Positions 9,574-18,762 of a stretch of 64,000 bases of DNA are shown in pieces. Both the position numbers and the translations under genes were made by a program. The notes beneath the pieces were generated by a model. The model saw only the letters and a program-made list of their open reading frames with translations, had not been told where the DNA came from and did no database searches. The first letter of the stretch is position 1. Each line of letters starts with the position of its first letter. Source of the DNA: an uncultured Eubacteriales bacterium (GTDB taxonomy: Bacteria > Bacillota > Clostridia > TANB77 > CAG-508); assembly GCA_949294555.1 (NCBI GenBank), contig CASFHP010000010.1, positions 34,191-98,190 of the forward strand, written 5' to 3'.

Positions 9574-10464
9574 TTAGTTTTTTCTTAATTCTTCTAATAA
9601 ATCTTGATATGCTTCTTCTGTAATCGTATCATCGGAATTTTTATCAATCAACCAAATATGTTTTGCTTGCTCATATTCTTTAATTTCTACATCTCCACCA
9701 ACTTCTTGAGCTTTTTCTTGTAATAATTGGCAATCTGGCTCCAATATATCATATGTACCTATCCATATTTTGATATTTTTTAAAGTTGACAAATCGCCTT
9801 CTATCGGATTTACCAAATAACCATCTATCCCATCTGCTCCTGCATAGGCAATGCCAGCAATTCGCAAAGCTTCCTTATTTAAAACTGTATCATTTTTCTC
9901 AACCGCTTGGATATTTTCATTTTCTAATCTAACATCTAACCATGGCGAAATTAAAATGGTTTTAGCAGGAAGTCCCATATTTCCTTCTGCAATTTTTTCA
10001 TATAGTCCAAGTGCTAAGCCACCGCCTGCGGAATCTCCCATAAAGATGACATTATCATTTCCAACTTTTTCTATAATTTCTTTATATAATGGCTCTACCA
10101 TAGCATACACTTCTTTATATGTATTTTTAGGGGTTAATGGATAATCTGGCATAATCACTGTATATCCTGTATCTTTAACAAGCTGTTCCAAAAAATCCCA
10201 ATGATTTTGGGTTGCTTCTGCCATATATGAGCCTCCATGGAAATATACAATATATTTAGAATTTCCATTTTCTTCTGTGTTTTTTGGTGTAATGGTAAAT
10301 ACTTTTCTTTCCATGTATGTATATGTTTGTATTTCACATTCTTCTATGACCTGCTCTGGTTCGTTGGTTTCGATGTCTGTATTAAAAAAATAGGCTATGG
10401 TTAATGTTAAGATAATCATGCACAATGCTAGTATTACAATAATACTTCTTATAAATTCTTTCAT
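9574..10464 (-). CDS. Alpha/beta hydrolase (HSL/esterase-lipase type) with an N-terminal membrane anchor
   Basis: Oxyanion motif HGGSY and nucleophile elbow GDSAGG. I prefer the start at 10464 because the track ATG at 10476 sits directly on the SD (aaaggaATGag). Confidence 0.8.
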   Translation of the reverse strand: MKEFIRSIIVILALCMIILTLTIAYFFNTDIETNEPEQVIEECEIQTYTYMERKVFTITPKNTEENGNSKYIVYFHGGSYMAEATQNHWDFLEQLVKDTGYTVIMPDYPLTPKNTYKEVYAMVEPLYKEIIEKVGNDNVIFMGDSAGGGLALGLYEKIAEGNMGLPAKTILISPWLDVRLENENIQAVEKNDTVLNKEALRIAGIAYAGADGIDGYLVNPIEGDLSTLKNIKIWIGTYDILEPDCQLLQEKAQEVGGDVEIKEYEQAKHIWLIDKNSDDTITEEAYQDLLEELRKN

Positions 10465-10607
10465 TTTTACTCTCATTCCTTTTGCTTTCTATCATTTTTA
10501 TAAACAGTATTTTACCATATCTCCTTGACGAAATACAAGTTTTATTATACTAAAAAAGTAGCTACATAAATTATACTTTACATATAATCCTGTAACTACT
10601 TTTATGC

Positions 10608-10643
10608 AAAATGTCTCAAAAGGAAACGTCCCCAATTGGACAC
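10608..10643 (+). repeat. GGGGAC-core repeat, family B copy 2 (identical 36-mer)
   Basis: aaaatgtctcaaaaggaaacgtccccaattggacac. Its last base overlaps the xerD stop codon (cta, 10643-10645). Confidence 0.9.
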
Positions 10644-11524
10644 TATGCTCTTGGATGTGCTTTTTTATAAATATCTCTTAAGCCTTCATCTTGGAATTGC
10701 ATATATACTTGTGTTGATGATATGTCTGAATGTCCAAGCATTGTTTGAATTGCTCTTAAGTCTGCACCATTTTGTAATAAATGTGTTGCAAATGAATGTC
10801 TCAAAACATGTGGTGTGATATCTTTTGTGATATGTGCTTGTTCTTTGTAATATTTAATAATTTTCCAAAATCCTTGTCTTGTAAGTCTGCCACCATTTAT
10901 ATTGACAAATAATGCTTTTTCATCTTCGCTTTTGATTAATACACCTCTTGCTTCTTCTATATATGCTTTTAATGCTTTTAGTGACATAGAACCTAATGGA
11001 ATAATTCTTTGTTTATTTCCGTTTTTACAGATGACATAAGCTTCCTCTAAGTTAACATCATCTATGTCTAAAGATATAATTTCTGTTACTCTCATTCCTG
11101 TTGCATAAGCAAATTCTAGCATTGCTTTATCTCTTACACCTTTTAAATCAACCGTGTCTGGTTGTTTTAGTAGCAACTCTACTTCTTTAGAAGTTAATAC
11201 ATTTGGTGTTCTTTTTTCTATTTTTGGAGATTGTATATTGGCTGTTGGGTCTACTTTTATTTTCTTATTTTTTAAGATAAATTGGAAGAATGACCTAATA
11301 GATGCAATACATCTTGATATACTTGAAGGTTTTTTTCCTTTATCTTGTAATTCTTGTATATAGTTTTGTACATCTTCTTCTTTTACTCGATTATAGTGAA
11401 TTCCGTGCTCCTCTAAATATTCTCTAAATTGTTTTAAATCTCTCTTATATGATTCCAATGTGTTTTTTGATAATTTTTTGTCATTTTCTAAAAAGTTAAA
11501 AAAGAATTTTAATTGTCTATCCAT
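10643..11524 (-). CDS. xerD: Tyrosine recombinase XerD/XerC type
   Basis: 293 aa. Motifs ATGMRVTEI, HVLRHSFATHLL, LGHSDISSTQVYM. Housekeeping-like neighbourhood next to spoIIM. Confidence 0.8.
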   Translation of the reverse strand: MDRQLKFFFNFLENDKKLSKNTLESYKRDLKQFREYLEEHGIHYNRVKEEDVQNYIQELQDKGKKPSSISRCIASIRSFFQFILKNKKIKVDPTANIQSPKIEKRTPNVLTSKEVELLLKQPDTVDLKGVRDKAMLEFAYATGMRVTEIISLDIDDVNLEEAYVICKNGNKQRIIPLGSMSLKALKAYIEEARGVLIKSEDEKALFVNINGGRLTRQGFWKIIKYYKEQAHITKDITPHVLRHSFATHLLQNGADLRAIQTMLGHSDISSTQVYMQFQDEGLRDIYKKAHPRA

Positions 11525-11625
11525 GTTTTTTCCCCTACCTCTATATTTTTAAAATTGTATTTACATAAACTATATATGTTATATCAAACTATTAAAAAAA
11601 AGTAAATACATTTTTCGATATTTTT

Positions 11626-12264
11626 TTAAAAATATTTAATAACCATTTTCAATAGATTTGTAGATAAAAAGATTTCTATTACGGCTGAAATACATAAAAT
11701 AATCAACATAATCCCTGAAAATACTGTGTGTCTCAAGATTTCTAACTTTACATTTTCTTTTGTCTTATCTTTTACAATAGATTTATATAGTTTAATGCCA
11801 CTAACAGCAATTGCTAGCATTGCTGGGATAAATAACAAATTTTGTAATACCAATGTTACCAATACAAAGCTAATTCCTTTTCCTAGGCCCATAATGGTAA
11901 TACATAAAGAAATGGTATATCCTAGGCAAAATCCTCTATATATAATGATGGCAAATACGACTGGTATACCAATTACTGTTGTTCCAAAAAACCAAATAAC
12001 AATTGCTAGTAGTGCATTTTGTGTAATGGCATTTCGTAATAGTCCTATATAATCCATACTTTCTAAACTTTTAAATTTTTCTATAAATTGGTTTAAATAA
12101 TTGGTAATTTCTGTTTTGGGTTCTTCTTGTAAATGGTTTATGAAAAACACACCACTAAATATGCCTATCACAAATACAAAAAAGATAATCAGATATTCTT
12201 TTTTGTTGTGAATAACATGTTCTTTGATAATTTTTAATATTTTCAATTGTTTCTTTTCTTTCAT
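11626..12264 (-). CDS. spoIIM: Stage II sporulation protein M
   Basis: 212 aa polytopic membrane protein whose length and topology fit SpoIIM. Assigned by recalled similarity. Confidence 0.65.
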   Translation of the reverse strand: MKEKKQLKILKIIKEHVIHNKKEYLIIFFVFVIGIFSGVFFINHLQEEPKTEITNYLNQFIEKFKSLESMDYIGLLRNAITQNALLAIVIWFFGTTVIGIPVVFAIIIYRGFCLGYTISLCITIMGLGKGISFVLVTLVLQNLLFIPAMLAIAVSGIKLYKSIVKDKTKENVKLEILRHTVFSGIMLIILCISAVIEIFLSTNLLKMVIKYF

Positions 12265-12393
12265 AAAAAACTCCTTATCGCTTATACATAATGTGTATTC
12301 GATAAGAAGATTTATAGAACTATAATTTTTTATTTTAAAACATTCTCTATTTTGCTAAGCGTTATATTATATTTTTATAATATATAAAAATAT

Positions 12394-13581
12394 TTAAACT
12401 ACTTTTCCGTAGTTTCCGCCACCACCTGATTGTACTTTACATTCTCCCATTCTTGCTTTTTCTATGGTGTTTGCAATTTTTTCTCCTACAACTGCCTCTA
12501 TATCATCTTTTGATAATTTGTGAAGAATATTCATTTCTGTATCAAAGGTATCTAATAGTTTGGTAATTGTCTTTCCTCCAACCCCTGGAATAAATCCTAA
12601 TGGAATTTGATATACATATGGTGGTCGATTTTCTGGACTTTTTGATTCTTGTTTATCTCGAATTAATTCTATTCTATCAAAAACACCAAATGTCACATTT
12701 TTTCCACCACAATATGGACAAGTTTCAACTGGCTCTTTGGTCTCTATTGCTTTTTCACAATCATCACAATAGGTTCTATGATATTTTCCAAGTTTTGGGT
12801 CTAATCCATAATTGGCAACAACTTTTCTTCCATCTTCATTTTTTAATGCTTTTACAATTTCTTTAAACGATATATCTTCTACTTGCATTTTGTTGTATTC
12901 TCTTGCAATTTTAGGTAATGAATGGGCGTCTGAATTGGTAACAAATGTCTTGTTCTCTAATTCTGATATCATGTCTGCTAAGTAGGTATCTGAACTCAAG
13001 CCTAATTCTACTGCAAAAATTTTATCATATTTTTCTTTAAATATATATTGCAATCTATCTGTACAATTTCCATAATAGCTTTTATATGGTGTAAAAATAT
13101 GGGCTGGAATTAATATACCATTATATTTTTCTACCATATCAATTAAATCATATCCTGATAAATCAGACCTCTGTGTACTTAATGTTATATTTTTTAAATG
13201 ATGACTTAATTCATTAGAAAATCCTTTAATATCTGTTAAATGTGGAAAGAAACAAATATTATGGGCTGCCCCTTTCTTTCCATTTCTGCCTTCTTCTGAA
13301 GTTTCTACTTCACTTCCTAGCAATATACAAACTTTATCTTTATAGATAATACCGCCATCTTCTAGTTCATAGGCGTCTCCTGTTTGCAAAAAATTCTCGA
13401 TATCTTCTATAACATATGGAGAGGCACAATCAATAATTCCTACAACCTGAATTCCTTTTCTGTCTGCACATTCTTTGGCAATGTTTGCAAAATTCAAAGA
13501 CCTTGCCGCTGTAATTTTTATTGGCTTTCCATTTTCACTTCTTCCTATGTGTACATGTAAATCTGCAAATATTTCGTACAT
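12394..13581 (-). CDS. Endonuclease Q-like PHP-domain protein
   Basis: 395 aa. N-terminal ADLHVHIGRS (PHP metal site) and a C-terminal Cys cluster CDDC...CPYCGG. Confidence 0.7.
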   Translation of the reverse strand: MYEIFADLHVHIGRSENGKPIKITAARSLNFANIAKECADRKGIQVVGIIDCASPYVIEDIENFLQTGDAYELEDGGIIYKDKVCILLGSEVETSEEGRNGKKGAAHNICFFPHLTDIKGFSNELSHHLKNITLSTQRSDLSGYDLIDMVEKYNGILIPAHIFTPYKSYYGNCTDRLQYIFKEKYDKIFAVELGLSSDTYLADMISELENKTFVTNSDAHSLPKIAREYNKMQVEDISFKEIVKALKNEDGRKVVANYGLDPKLGKYHRTYCDDCEKAIETKEPVETCPYCGGKNVTFGVFDRIELIRDKQESKSPENRPPYVYQIPLGFIPGVGGKTITKLLDTFDTEMNILHKLSKDDIEAVVGEKIANTIEKARMGECKVQSGGGGNYGKVV

Positions 13582-13605
13582 TTTAATACCTCTTTTCTTG
13601 TTTCA

Positions 13606-13734
13606 AGTTGCCAAAAGGTGATGATTTGGGGACGGAGATAAAATCATCATTTCCTATGAATTATTTTGTTTGATTTTTTTGAATACGAAATGATGATTTT
13701 ATCTCCGTCCCCAAATCATCACCTTTTGGCAACT
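13606..13734. repeat. GGGGAC-core repeat, family A: 129-bp hairpin with perfect 48-bp arms
   Basis: agttgccaaaaggtgatgatttggggacggagataaaatcatcatttc (13606-13653) is the exact reverse complement of 13687-13734. The loop is 33 nt. Confidence 0.9.
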
Positions 13735-13748
13735 TTTGGCAATTTTAT

Positions 13749-14552
13749 TTAATTTTCATTTTTTAATTTTTCGCCTTGCATACTATTTTCTTCTGCAATA
13801 TGTGCTAATATTTTTTTCGTTGTTTCTTCACTAAATAATGGTCTATTGGCATCTTTAAACATTTCCGCTTTTACGTCTTTTCTGTATTCTTCTACTGCCT
13901 TATCTATTTTTGGTTCATATTCATAGCATACTTTTTTGATAAAATCTTTTACATCTTCTGTTTCATTATGTATTTTTACTAGTCGTCTTAAAGATTTCAT
14001 TGATGTTAAATCTGTTAACTCTATTTGTTCCATCATTTGCACAAATTCTCCAAATGTGTGTAAAAATCGGTTATATTGCCCTTTTAGATTTCTGTGTTCT
14101 AATAATACCATGGCTTCATCTGGTTGGAATCCGATTCTTTCTGGTCTGTCTAATAACATTCCTCCAAATTGGTCTACCAATTCTAGCACGTCACTTTCTC
14201 TTTCTCTTGGATTACTGTTACTATATCGATTAATTTCTTCACACATTTTACAAAATCTTTTGTCAAATCCTAATGTTAATAAATAATCTGCGCCTTCTTT
14301 TGCATATGAATGAACTTTTTCTATATCTTGTGCATTATCTACTTTTTTACAATTACATAATAGACAAGCTGTTAGGATTAAATTGATATCAACATCTACT
14401 TTCATATAGTTTACAAACATTCTTGCAATTTCTGTTTTGAATATAACAGATTTGTCAAAAAATATTTTTGTCTTTTTGGCTAAATAATAGGTTATTTCCA
14501 TTTTTGCCGCCAAGTTTTGTTCGTCTAAAATGTAATTCGCAAATGTATCCAT
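13749..14552 (-). CDS. Hypothetical protein
   Basis: 267-aa intact ORF in a syntenic operon-like position. I recognise no motif. Confidence 0.5.
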   Translation of the reverse strand: MDTFANYILDEQNLAAKMEITYYLAKKTKIFFDKSVIFKTEIARMFVNYMKVDVDINLILTACLLCNCKKVDNAQDIEKVHSYAKEGADYLLTLGFDKRFCKMCEEINRYSNSNPRERESDVLELVDQFGGMLLDRPERIGFQPDEAMVLLEHRNLKGQYNRFLHTFGEFVQMMEQIELTDLTSMKSLRRLVKIHNETEDVKDFIKKVCYEYEPKIDKAVEEYRKDVKAEMFKDANRPLFSEETTKKILAHIAEENSMQGEKLKNEN

Positions 14553-14729
14553 ATGCTTCCTCCTTTGTCAAATTCAAATTTTCATACAATTTTATTATAT
14601 ATGAAGCATGGATATTTTTCAACATTTTTTGCAAATGTCACAGAAATGTAATAAAAGCATGTTATATATTTGCTGTAACATGCTTTATCATTATATTTTT
14701 TCATCTTACGCTTAATTGTTCTTTTCTGT

Positions 14730-16250
14730 TCACTCAATAAATTGTGGTTTATGATTTTCTATTGTCCATTTTTTCCACCCAGAGGTTAATGTGCTGTTAT
14801 TCGTTATATATGTATTCAATTCATTAATTGTCTCATCTGTTAGCTCTTCTAACATTGTGGCATTTACTGTTATATTTTTCCCTGCGCTCTGTTGTACAAT
14901 ATTGCTTTTTAGAAAGTAGCAATTTTCAAATTTATTTGCTGAAACATTGTTCCACATTGCTGCCCCTACAATTCCTCCAATAGTTGATCCTGTTATATTT
15001 CCTGCACTATATACATTTATGCATCCTGCATGGTCATATACATATCCAATGATTCCTCCAACCGTAGCACCATTTATGTTTCCTAAATTATAACAATTAT
15101 ATATAAAAGGTGTAGCAGCTGCCGTTCTAGTTCCTCCTAAAATTCCTCCTGCCCAAATATCTCCCATAATTTTGGTTTCTTCGGAATTATAACAATTAAC
15201 AATTGTTAAACGTCCAGTACCCATGATTCCACAAATTCCTCCTGCCCATGATTTATCTCCTTCACTTATGATATTTGCTTTGTTATAGCAATTACTTATT
15301 GTTATTTCATTATATCCATTAGCAAAAATCCCACCACATTCTTCTGTTCCCATTACATTCCCACTAATGCCTAAATTTTGTATAATTCCATTATCTATTG
15401 TCTGAAATAATCCTGCTCTTCCTGTCTTATTTATATATATATTCTGTATCTCATTTGATTGTCCATCAAATGTACCTGAAAAATTCATGATTGGTGTAAA
15501 ACCACTTCCAGTAGTATTGGTTAGTAAATCTCGTAATTCTTCTATTGAATTACAATTCAAAATCTTTCCATTTGCATAAGATAATCTAGACTCAAAATTT
15601 AAAGTTCTTCCCAATTTTATATAAGCATCTTGATAAGCCTCATAATTTTGAGACCATTCTACCAAATCCTCTATACACCATATTTCATAAGGCTTTCCTC
15701 CCTCTTCTGTTTCTGCTTTTCCGTTTAATTCTTCTCCATCTATTCCAACGGTTATATCTCCTGGATATTTATCCTTTATAATTGGATACTCTCCTTCAAT
15801 ATTTCCATCTTTATCCACTATATAATATCGATCACTATCAATAAATATAACTTCAAAGTCATCTCCTACATCATTTACGTCTGTCTTTCCTTCTCCTGTT
15901 TCTTTATCTAGTTGCTCTTGTAGTTTATCCTCTTCGATATTTCCATATTTATTCTTTCCCATTGCTTGCACAATTGCTTCTTCCAAAACATCTTTCTCAT
16001 TGGCTATTTCTGCTTCTTCTTTAGCGCTTCCAGCATTTCCAATAATTCCATTATCTCCTGTTATAGCATTTATTGTAATTCCTGCTAAGATAAGTAAAAT
16101 AATAATTGTTATTACTAAGACTAATAAGGTAATTCCTGTTTGGTTTTGTATGTTAGTTTTAATTTGTGTTTTACAAAATTTGTTCTTAAAATTTGCTTTC
16201 ATTTTCTCTATTTCTCCTATGACTTTTGTTTTTTCTTCTTCTCTTCTCAT
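14730..16250 (-). CDS. Surface protein with a pilin-like hydrophobic N-terminus and C-terminal GLUG-like repeats (paralogue 1)
   Basis: 506 aa. N-terminal segment TGITLLVLVITIIILLILAGITINAITGDNGII. The C-terminal half is built of GG[IL]xG ... I.NCYN repeats (AGGICGIMG, AGGILGG, VGGIIGYVY, IGGIVGAAM). SD is aagagg. Confidence 0.65.
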   Translation of the reverse strand: MRREEEKTKVIGEIEKMKANFKNKFCKTQIKTNIQNQTGITLLVLVITIIILLILAGITINAITGDNGIIGNAGSAKEEAEIANEKDVLEEAIVQAMGKNKYGNIEEDKLQEQLDKETGEGKTDVNDVGDDFEVIFIDSDRYYIVDKDGNIEGEYPIIKDKYPGDITVGIDGEELNGKAETEEGGKPYEIWCIEDLVEWSQNYEAYQDAYIKLGRTLNFESRLSYANGKILNCNSIEELRDLLTNTTGSGFTPIMNFSGTFDGQSNEIQNIYINKTGRAGLFQTIDNGIIQNLGISGNVMGTEECGGIFANGYNEITISNCYNKANIISEGDKSWAGGICGIMGTGRLTIVNCYNSEETKIMGDIWAGGILGGTRTAAATPFIYNCYNLGNINGATVGGIIGYVYDHAGCINVYSAGNITGSTIGGIVGAAMWNNVSANKFENCYFLKSNIVQQSAGKNITVNATMLEELTDETINELNTYITNNSTLTSGWKKWTIENHKPQFIE

Positions 16251-16310
16251 TTTGATACCTCTTTTCTCGATTTTCTTTTGTTTTCAGGTATTTTTATTGA
16301 ATTTTATATT

Positions 16311-16337
16311 TTCTTTCAGTTCAATACTCTAAGAAAA
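16311..16337. repeat. Inverted repeat, left (IR-L1) of candidate inverton 1
   Basis: ttctttcagttcaatactctaagaaaa. Its reverse complement matches 16500-16525 through the 12-nt core TAGAGTATTGAA plus AAAGAA. Confidence 0.6.
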
Positions 16338-16340
16338 CAT

Positions 16341-16387
16341 AAAAAAACCTGAACCCTCTAATATATTTAGTGGTTCAGATTTTTTTA
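16341..16387. terminator. Bidirectional hairpin terminator inside candidate inverton 1
   Basis: An A7 run, then stem ctgaaccctctaa / ttagtgggttcag (1 mismatch), then a T7 run. In the present orientation it terminates the ABC-F transcript. Confidence 0.65.
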
Positions 16388-16456
16388 TTACTATAAATAC
16401 TTTTTAAAAATAAATTTTTTTCTAAAATCTTTCTTGAAATTTCTTTTATCATTTTA

Positions 16457-16485
16457 TTGACTTTACTATGTTTTATTGTTAAAAT
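16457..16485 (+). promoter_or_regulatory. Near-consensus promoter inside candidate inverton 1, pointing away from the GLUG gene
   Basis: TTGACT (16457-16462), 17-nt spacer ending in TGt, TAAAAT (16480-16485). There is no plus-strand gene downstream. Confidence 0.55.
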
Positions 16486-16499
16486 CAAATTGTAAAATT

Positions 16500-16525
16500 T
16501 TTTTTAGAGTATTGAAATCAAAGAA
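16500..16525. repeat. Inverted repeat, right (IR-R1) of candidate inverton 1
   Basis: ttttttagagtattgaaatcaaagaa. About 22 of 26 positions match the reverse complement of IR-L1 (hand alignment). Confidence 0.6.
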
Positions 16526-16615
16526 TAAAAAACTTTATTTTATAACAAAAAAGTAGAATTTTTTTCAAAATAAAAAATATATCTATATACAATTAAAAAC
16601 TTTAAGGACTAATCC

Positions 16616-18538
16616 CTAAAGTTCATTATTCAAATTTTCCCATTCTTGCATTTTTTCTTCTATTTCTTGATTGATTTTTTGGATTTCTTCTTGTAATTCA
16701 TTTAATTTTATATAGTCTGAGCAAATCTCTTCTTTTGTCATCTCATTTTCAATTTTTTGGATTTTGTTTTCTTTTTCCTCTATCTCTTTTTCAATTTTGT
16801 TCATTTTATTTTGTATTCGATTTCTTTCTTTTTCTATAAAATATGGATTGTTTTCCTTCTTTTTATCTTTTACGTTTTGAATGCTTTTTACACCTTCTAT
16901 GTTAGAATTATTTTGTTCTTCTATTATATTGTTCTGCTCTTTGTATTCCAAAAATTCTTGATAATTTTTATCATAAAAGGCCACATTCCCATTATCAAAT
17001 TCCAATATACAATCTGCTAGTTTATTGACAAAATATCTATCATGAGAAACAAAAATTAAAGTTCCTGTATAATCTTTTAATATATTCTCTAAGCTTTCTT
17101 TTCCTAAGATATCCATGTGATTTGTTGGCTCATCTAGTAACAAGACATTTGGTTCACTTTTTAGAATTTTGCACAATTGCAAACGTCCTCTTTCTCCTCC
17201 TGATAATACATTTATTTTTTTGAATACATCTTCTCCTGTAAAAAGAAAAGTTCCTAATAAGGTTCTTACTTGTGTCGTTGTTAATTCTGGAAACGTTTCT
17301 GCTATTTCTTCAAATACTGTATTTTCTGGATTTGAAAATTGCATCTGTTGATCAAAATATCCTGTTTGCACATGATATCCAAATTCAAATTCTCCATTAA
17401 TTTTAAGAATATCCCCATTTAATGTTTTTAACAAAGTAGATTTTCCTGTTCCATTTTCTCCAATAATGGCTAGTTTTTGCCCCTTATATAATTCAAAACA
17501 TACTTCTGCAATTGGCTTATCATACCCTATCTGTAATTTATCAACTTTTAATACAAGTTTTCCACTTTGTGTTTTGACATCAAAATTTGCATAAAATGTT
17601 TTTAAATCGTATTCTTCTGGCTTTTCGATAATTGTCATTTGCTCTATTTTCTTTAGTTTGGATAATGCCATTTTGGCTTTTGTTGGTTTATATCGAAATC
17701 TATCTGCAATGGCTTGTAATCTCTTGATTTCCGCTTGTTGATATTCATAATCTTTCAACTGTTTTTCATATCTTTCTCTTTTTTGTCTTTCAAAATCTGT
17801 ATAATTTCCCTTGTATTCCACCATGCTAGCATATTCTATTTCATATACTTTATTCACAATCTTATCTAAAAACATTCTATCATGAGATACAATTACAACA
17901 GCTTTAGGATAATTTTTTAAGTAATTTTCTAACCATTCAATGGCTGTAATGTCTAAATGGTTTGTTGGTTCATCTAATAATAAAATATCTGGCTTACTTA
18001 ACAACAATTTTAAGAAGGCAATTTTTGTTCTTTGCCCTCCAGAAAATTCACTTATTTTTTTACTTTTATCCTCTTCTTTAAAGCCAAATTTTTTAATCGC
18101 TGTTTCATATTCTTTTTTATACAGATATCCACCTTGTATTTCATATTGTTCTAAAGCATTGGTATATTCTTTGATTGTTTTTTCGTCTGTTTGGTCTTGT
18201 AACGCTTTTTCCTTTTCTTGTATCTTTTCTTCTAAATTCAATAAAGGAGCATACACTTCTAATATTTCCTCTAACATGGTTTTATTAGAATTTTCAAAAT
18301 TCATTTGCTTCAAATAGCCAATGACTGGATTTCCTTGTTTGTATACGTGAAACTTTTCTTCTCCAATTCCCTCTTCTAAAATGTCATTGTCTATAAGGGC
18401 ATTTAGAAATGTGGTTTTTCCTGCTCCATTTCTTCCAATAATCGCTATTTTGTCTTTTTCTTTTATTTCAAAATTGATTTCTTCTAATATGGTTTCTGCT
18501 CCATAAGATATAGAGCCATTTACAATTCTGTATTTCAT
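16616..18538 (-). CDS. ABC-F family ATPase (translation factor / ribosome-protection type)
   Basis: 640 aa with two NBDs and no TM region. Motifs GRNGAGKTT and GENGTGKST, signatures LSGGQRTK and LSGGERGR. The C-terminus is a Lys/Glu coiled coil. Confidence 0.9.
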   Translation of the reverse strand: MKYRIVNGSISYGAETILEEINFEIKEKDKIAIIGRNGAGKTTFLNALIDNDILEEGIGEEKFHVYKQGNPVIGYLKQMNFENSNKTMLEEILEVYAPLLNLEEKIQEKEKALQDQTDEKTIKEYTNALEQYEIQGGYLYKKEYETAIKKFGFKEEDKSKKISEFSGGQRTKIAFLKLLLSKPDILLLDEPTNHLDITAIEWLENYLKNYPKAVVIVSHDRMFLDKIVNKVYEIEYASMVEYKGNYTDFERQKRERYEKQLKDYEYQQAEIKRLQAIADRFRYKPTKAKMALSKLKKIEQMTIIEKPEEYDLKTFYANFDVKTQSGKLVLKVDKLQIGYDKPIAEVCFELYKGQKLAIIGENGTGKSTLLKTLNGDILKINGEFEFGYHVQTGYFDQQMQFSNPENTVFEEIAETFPELTTTQVRTLLGTFLFTGEDVFKKINVLSGGERGRLQLCKILKSEPNVLLLDEPTNHMDILGKESLENILKDYTGTLIFVSHDRYFVNKLADCILEFDNGNVAFYDKNYQEFLEYKEQNNIIEEQNNSNIEGVKSIQNVKDKKKENNPYFIEKERNRIQNKMNKIEKEIEEKENKIQKIENEMTKEEICSDYIKLNELQEEIQKINQEIEEKMQEWENLNNEL

Positions 18539-18762
18539 TTATATCATCCTTTATAATAATTTTTCTATACATATTACTGATTATTATTTTTTCCATCTAC
18601 ACTATATTATCATAAAATACTGTAAAAGCACAGCATTATTTTCTATTTAAACAATTTATATGTACTATCATTAAAGTGTGAGATTTGTCGATACGAAAAA
18701 TTGGACATTTTTGCTAATCTATAGTATACTATTAATTGAAATTACGAATTAAGAGGTAAATT

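Noticed and set aside
10643-11524. The XerD-like recombinase as a mobile-element integrase or as the inverton recombinase
   Set aside because: Its length, its motifs and its position next to spoIIM and endoQ look like the housekeeping chromosome-dimer resolvase. As I recall, Bacillus subtilis has a similar neighbourhood. The 5272-6204 integrase is the better, though still unproven, invertase candidate.
13749-14552. HD-domain phosphohydrolase assignment for the 267-aa protein
   Set aside because: The general helical character suggested it, but I could not find the H...HD...D metal-binding signature. It is left as hypothetical.
6460-18760. The 9-mer attacgaat recurring at about 6468, 18744, 31334 and 58237 as a separate motif
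   Set aside because: Two occurrences belong to the P2 element and its half-copy. By rough hand estimate, the other two are within chance expectation for a 9-mer in 128 kb of two-strand AT-rich sequence.
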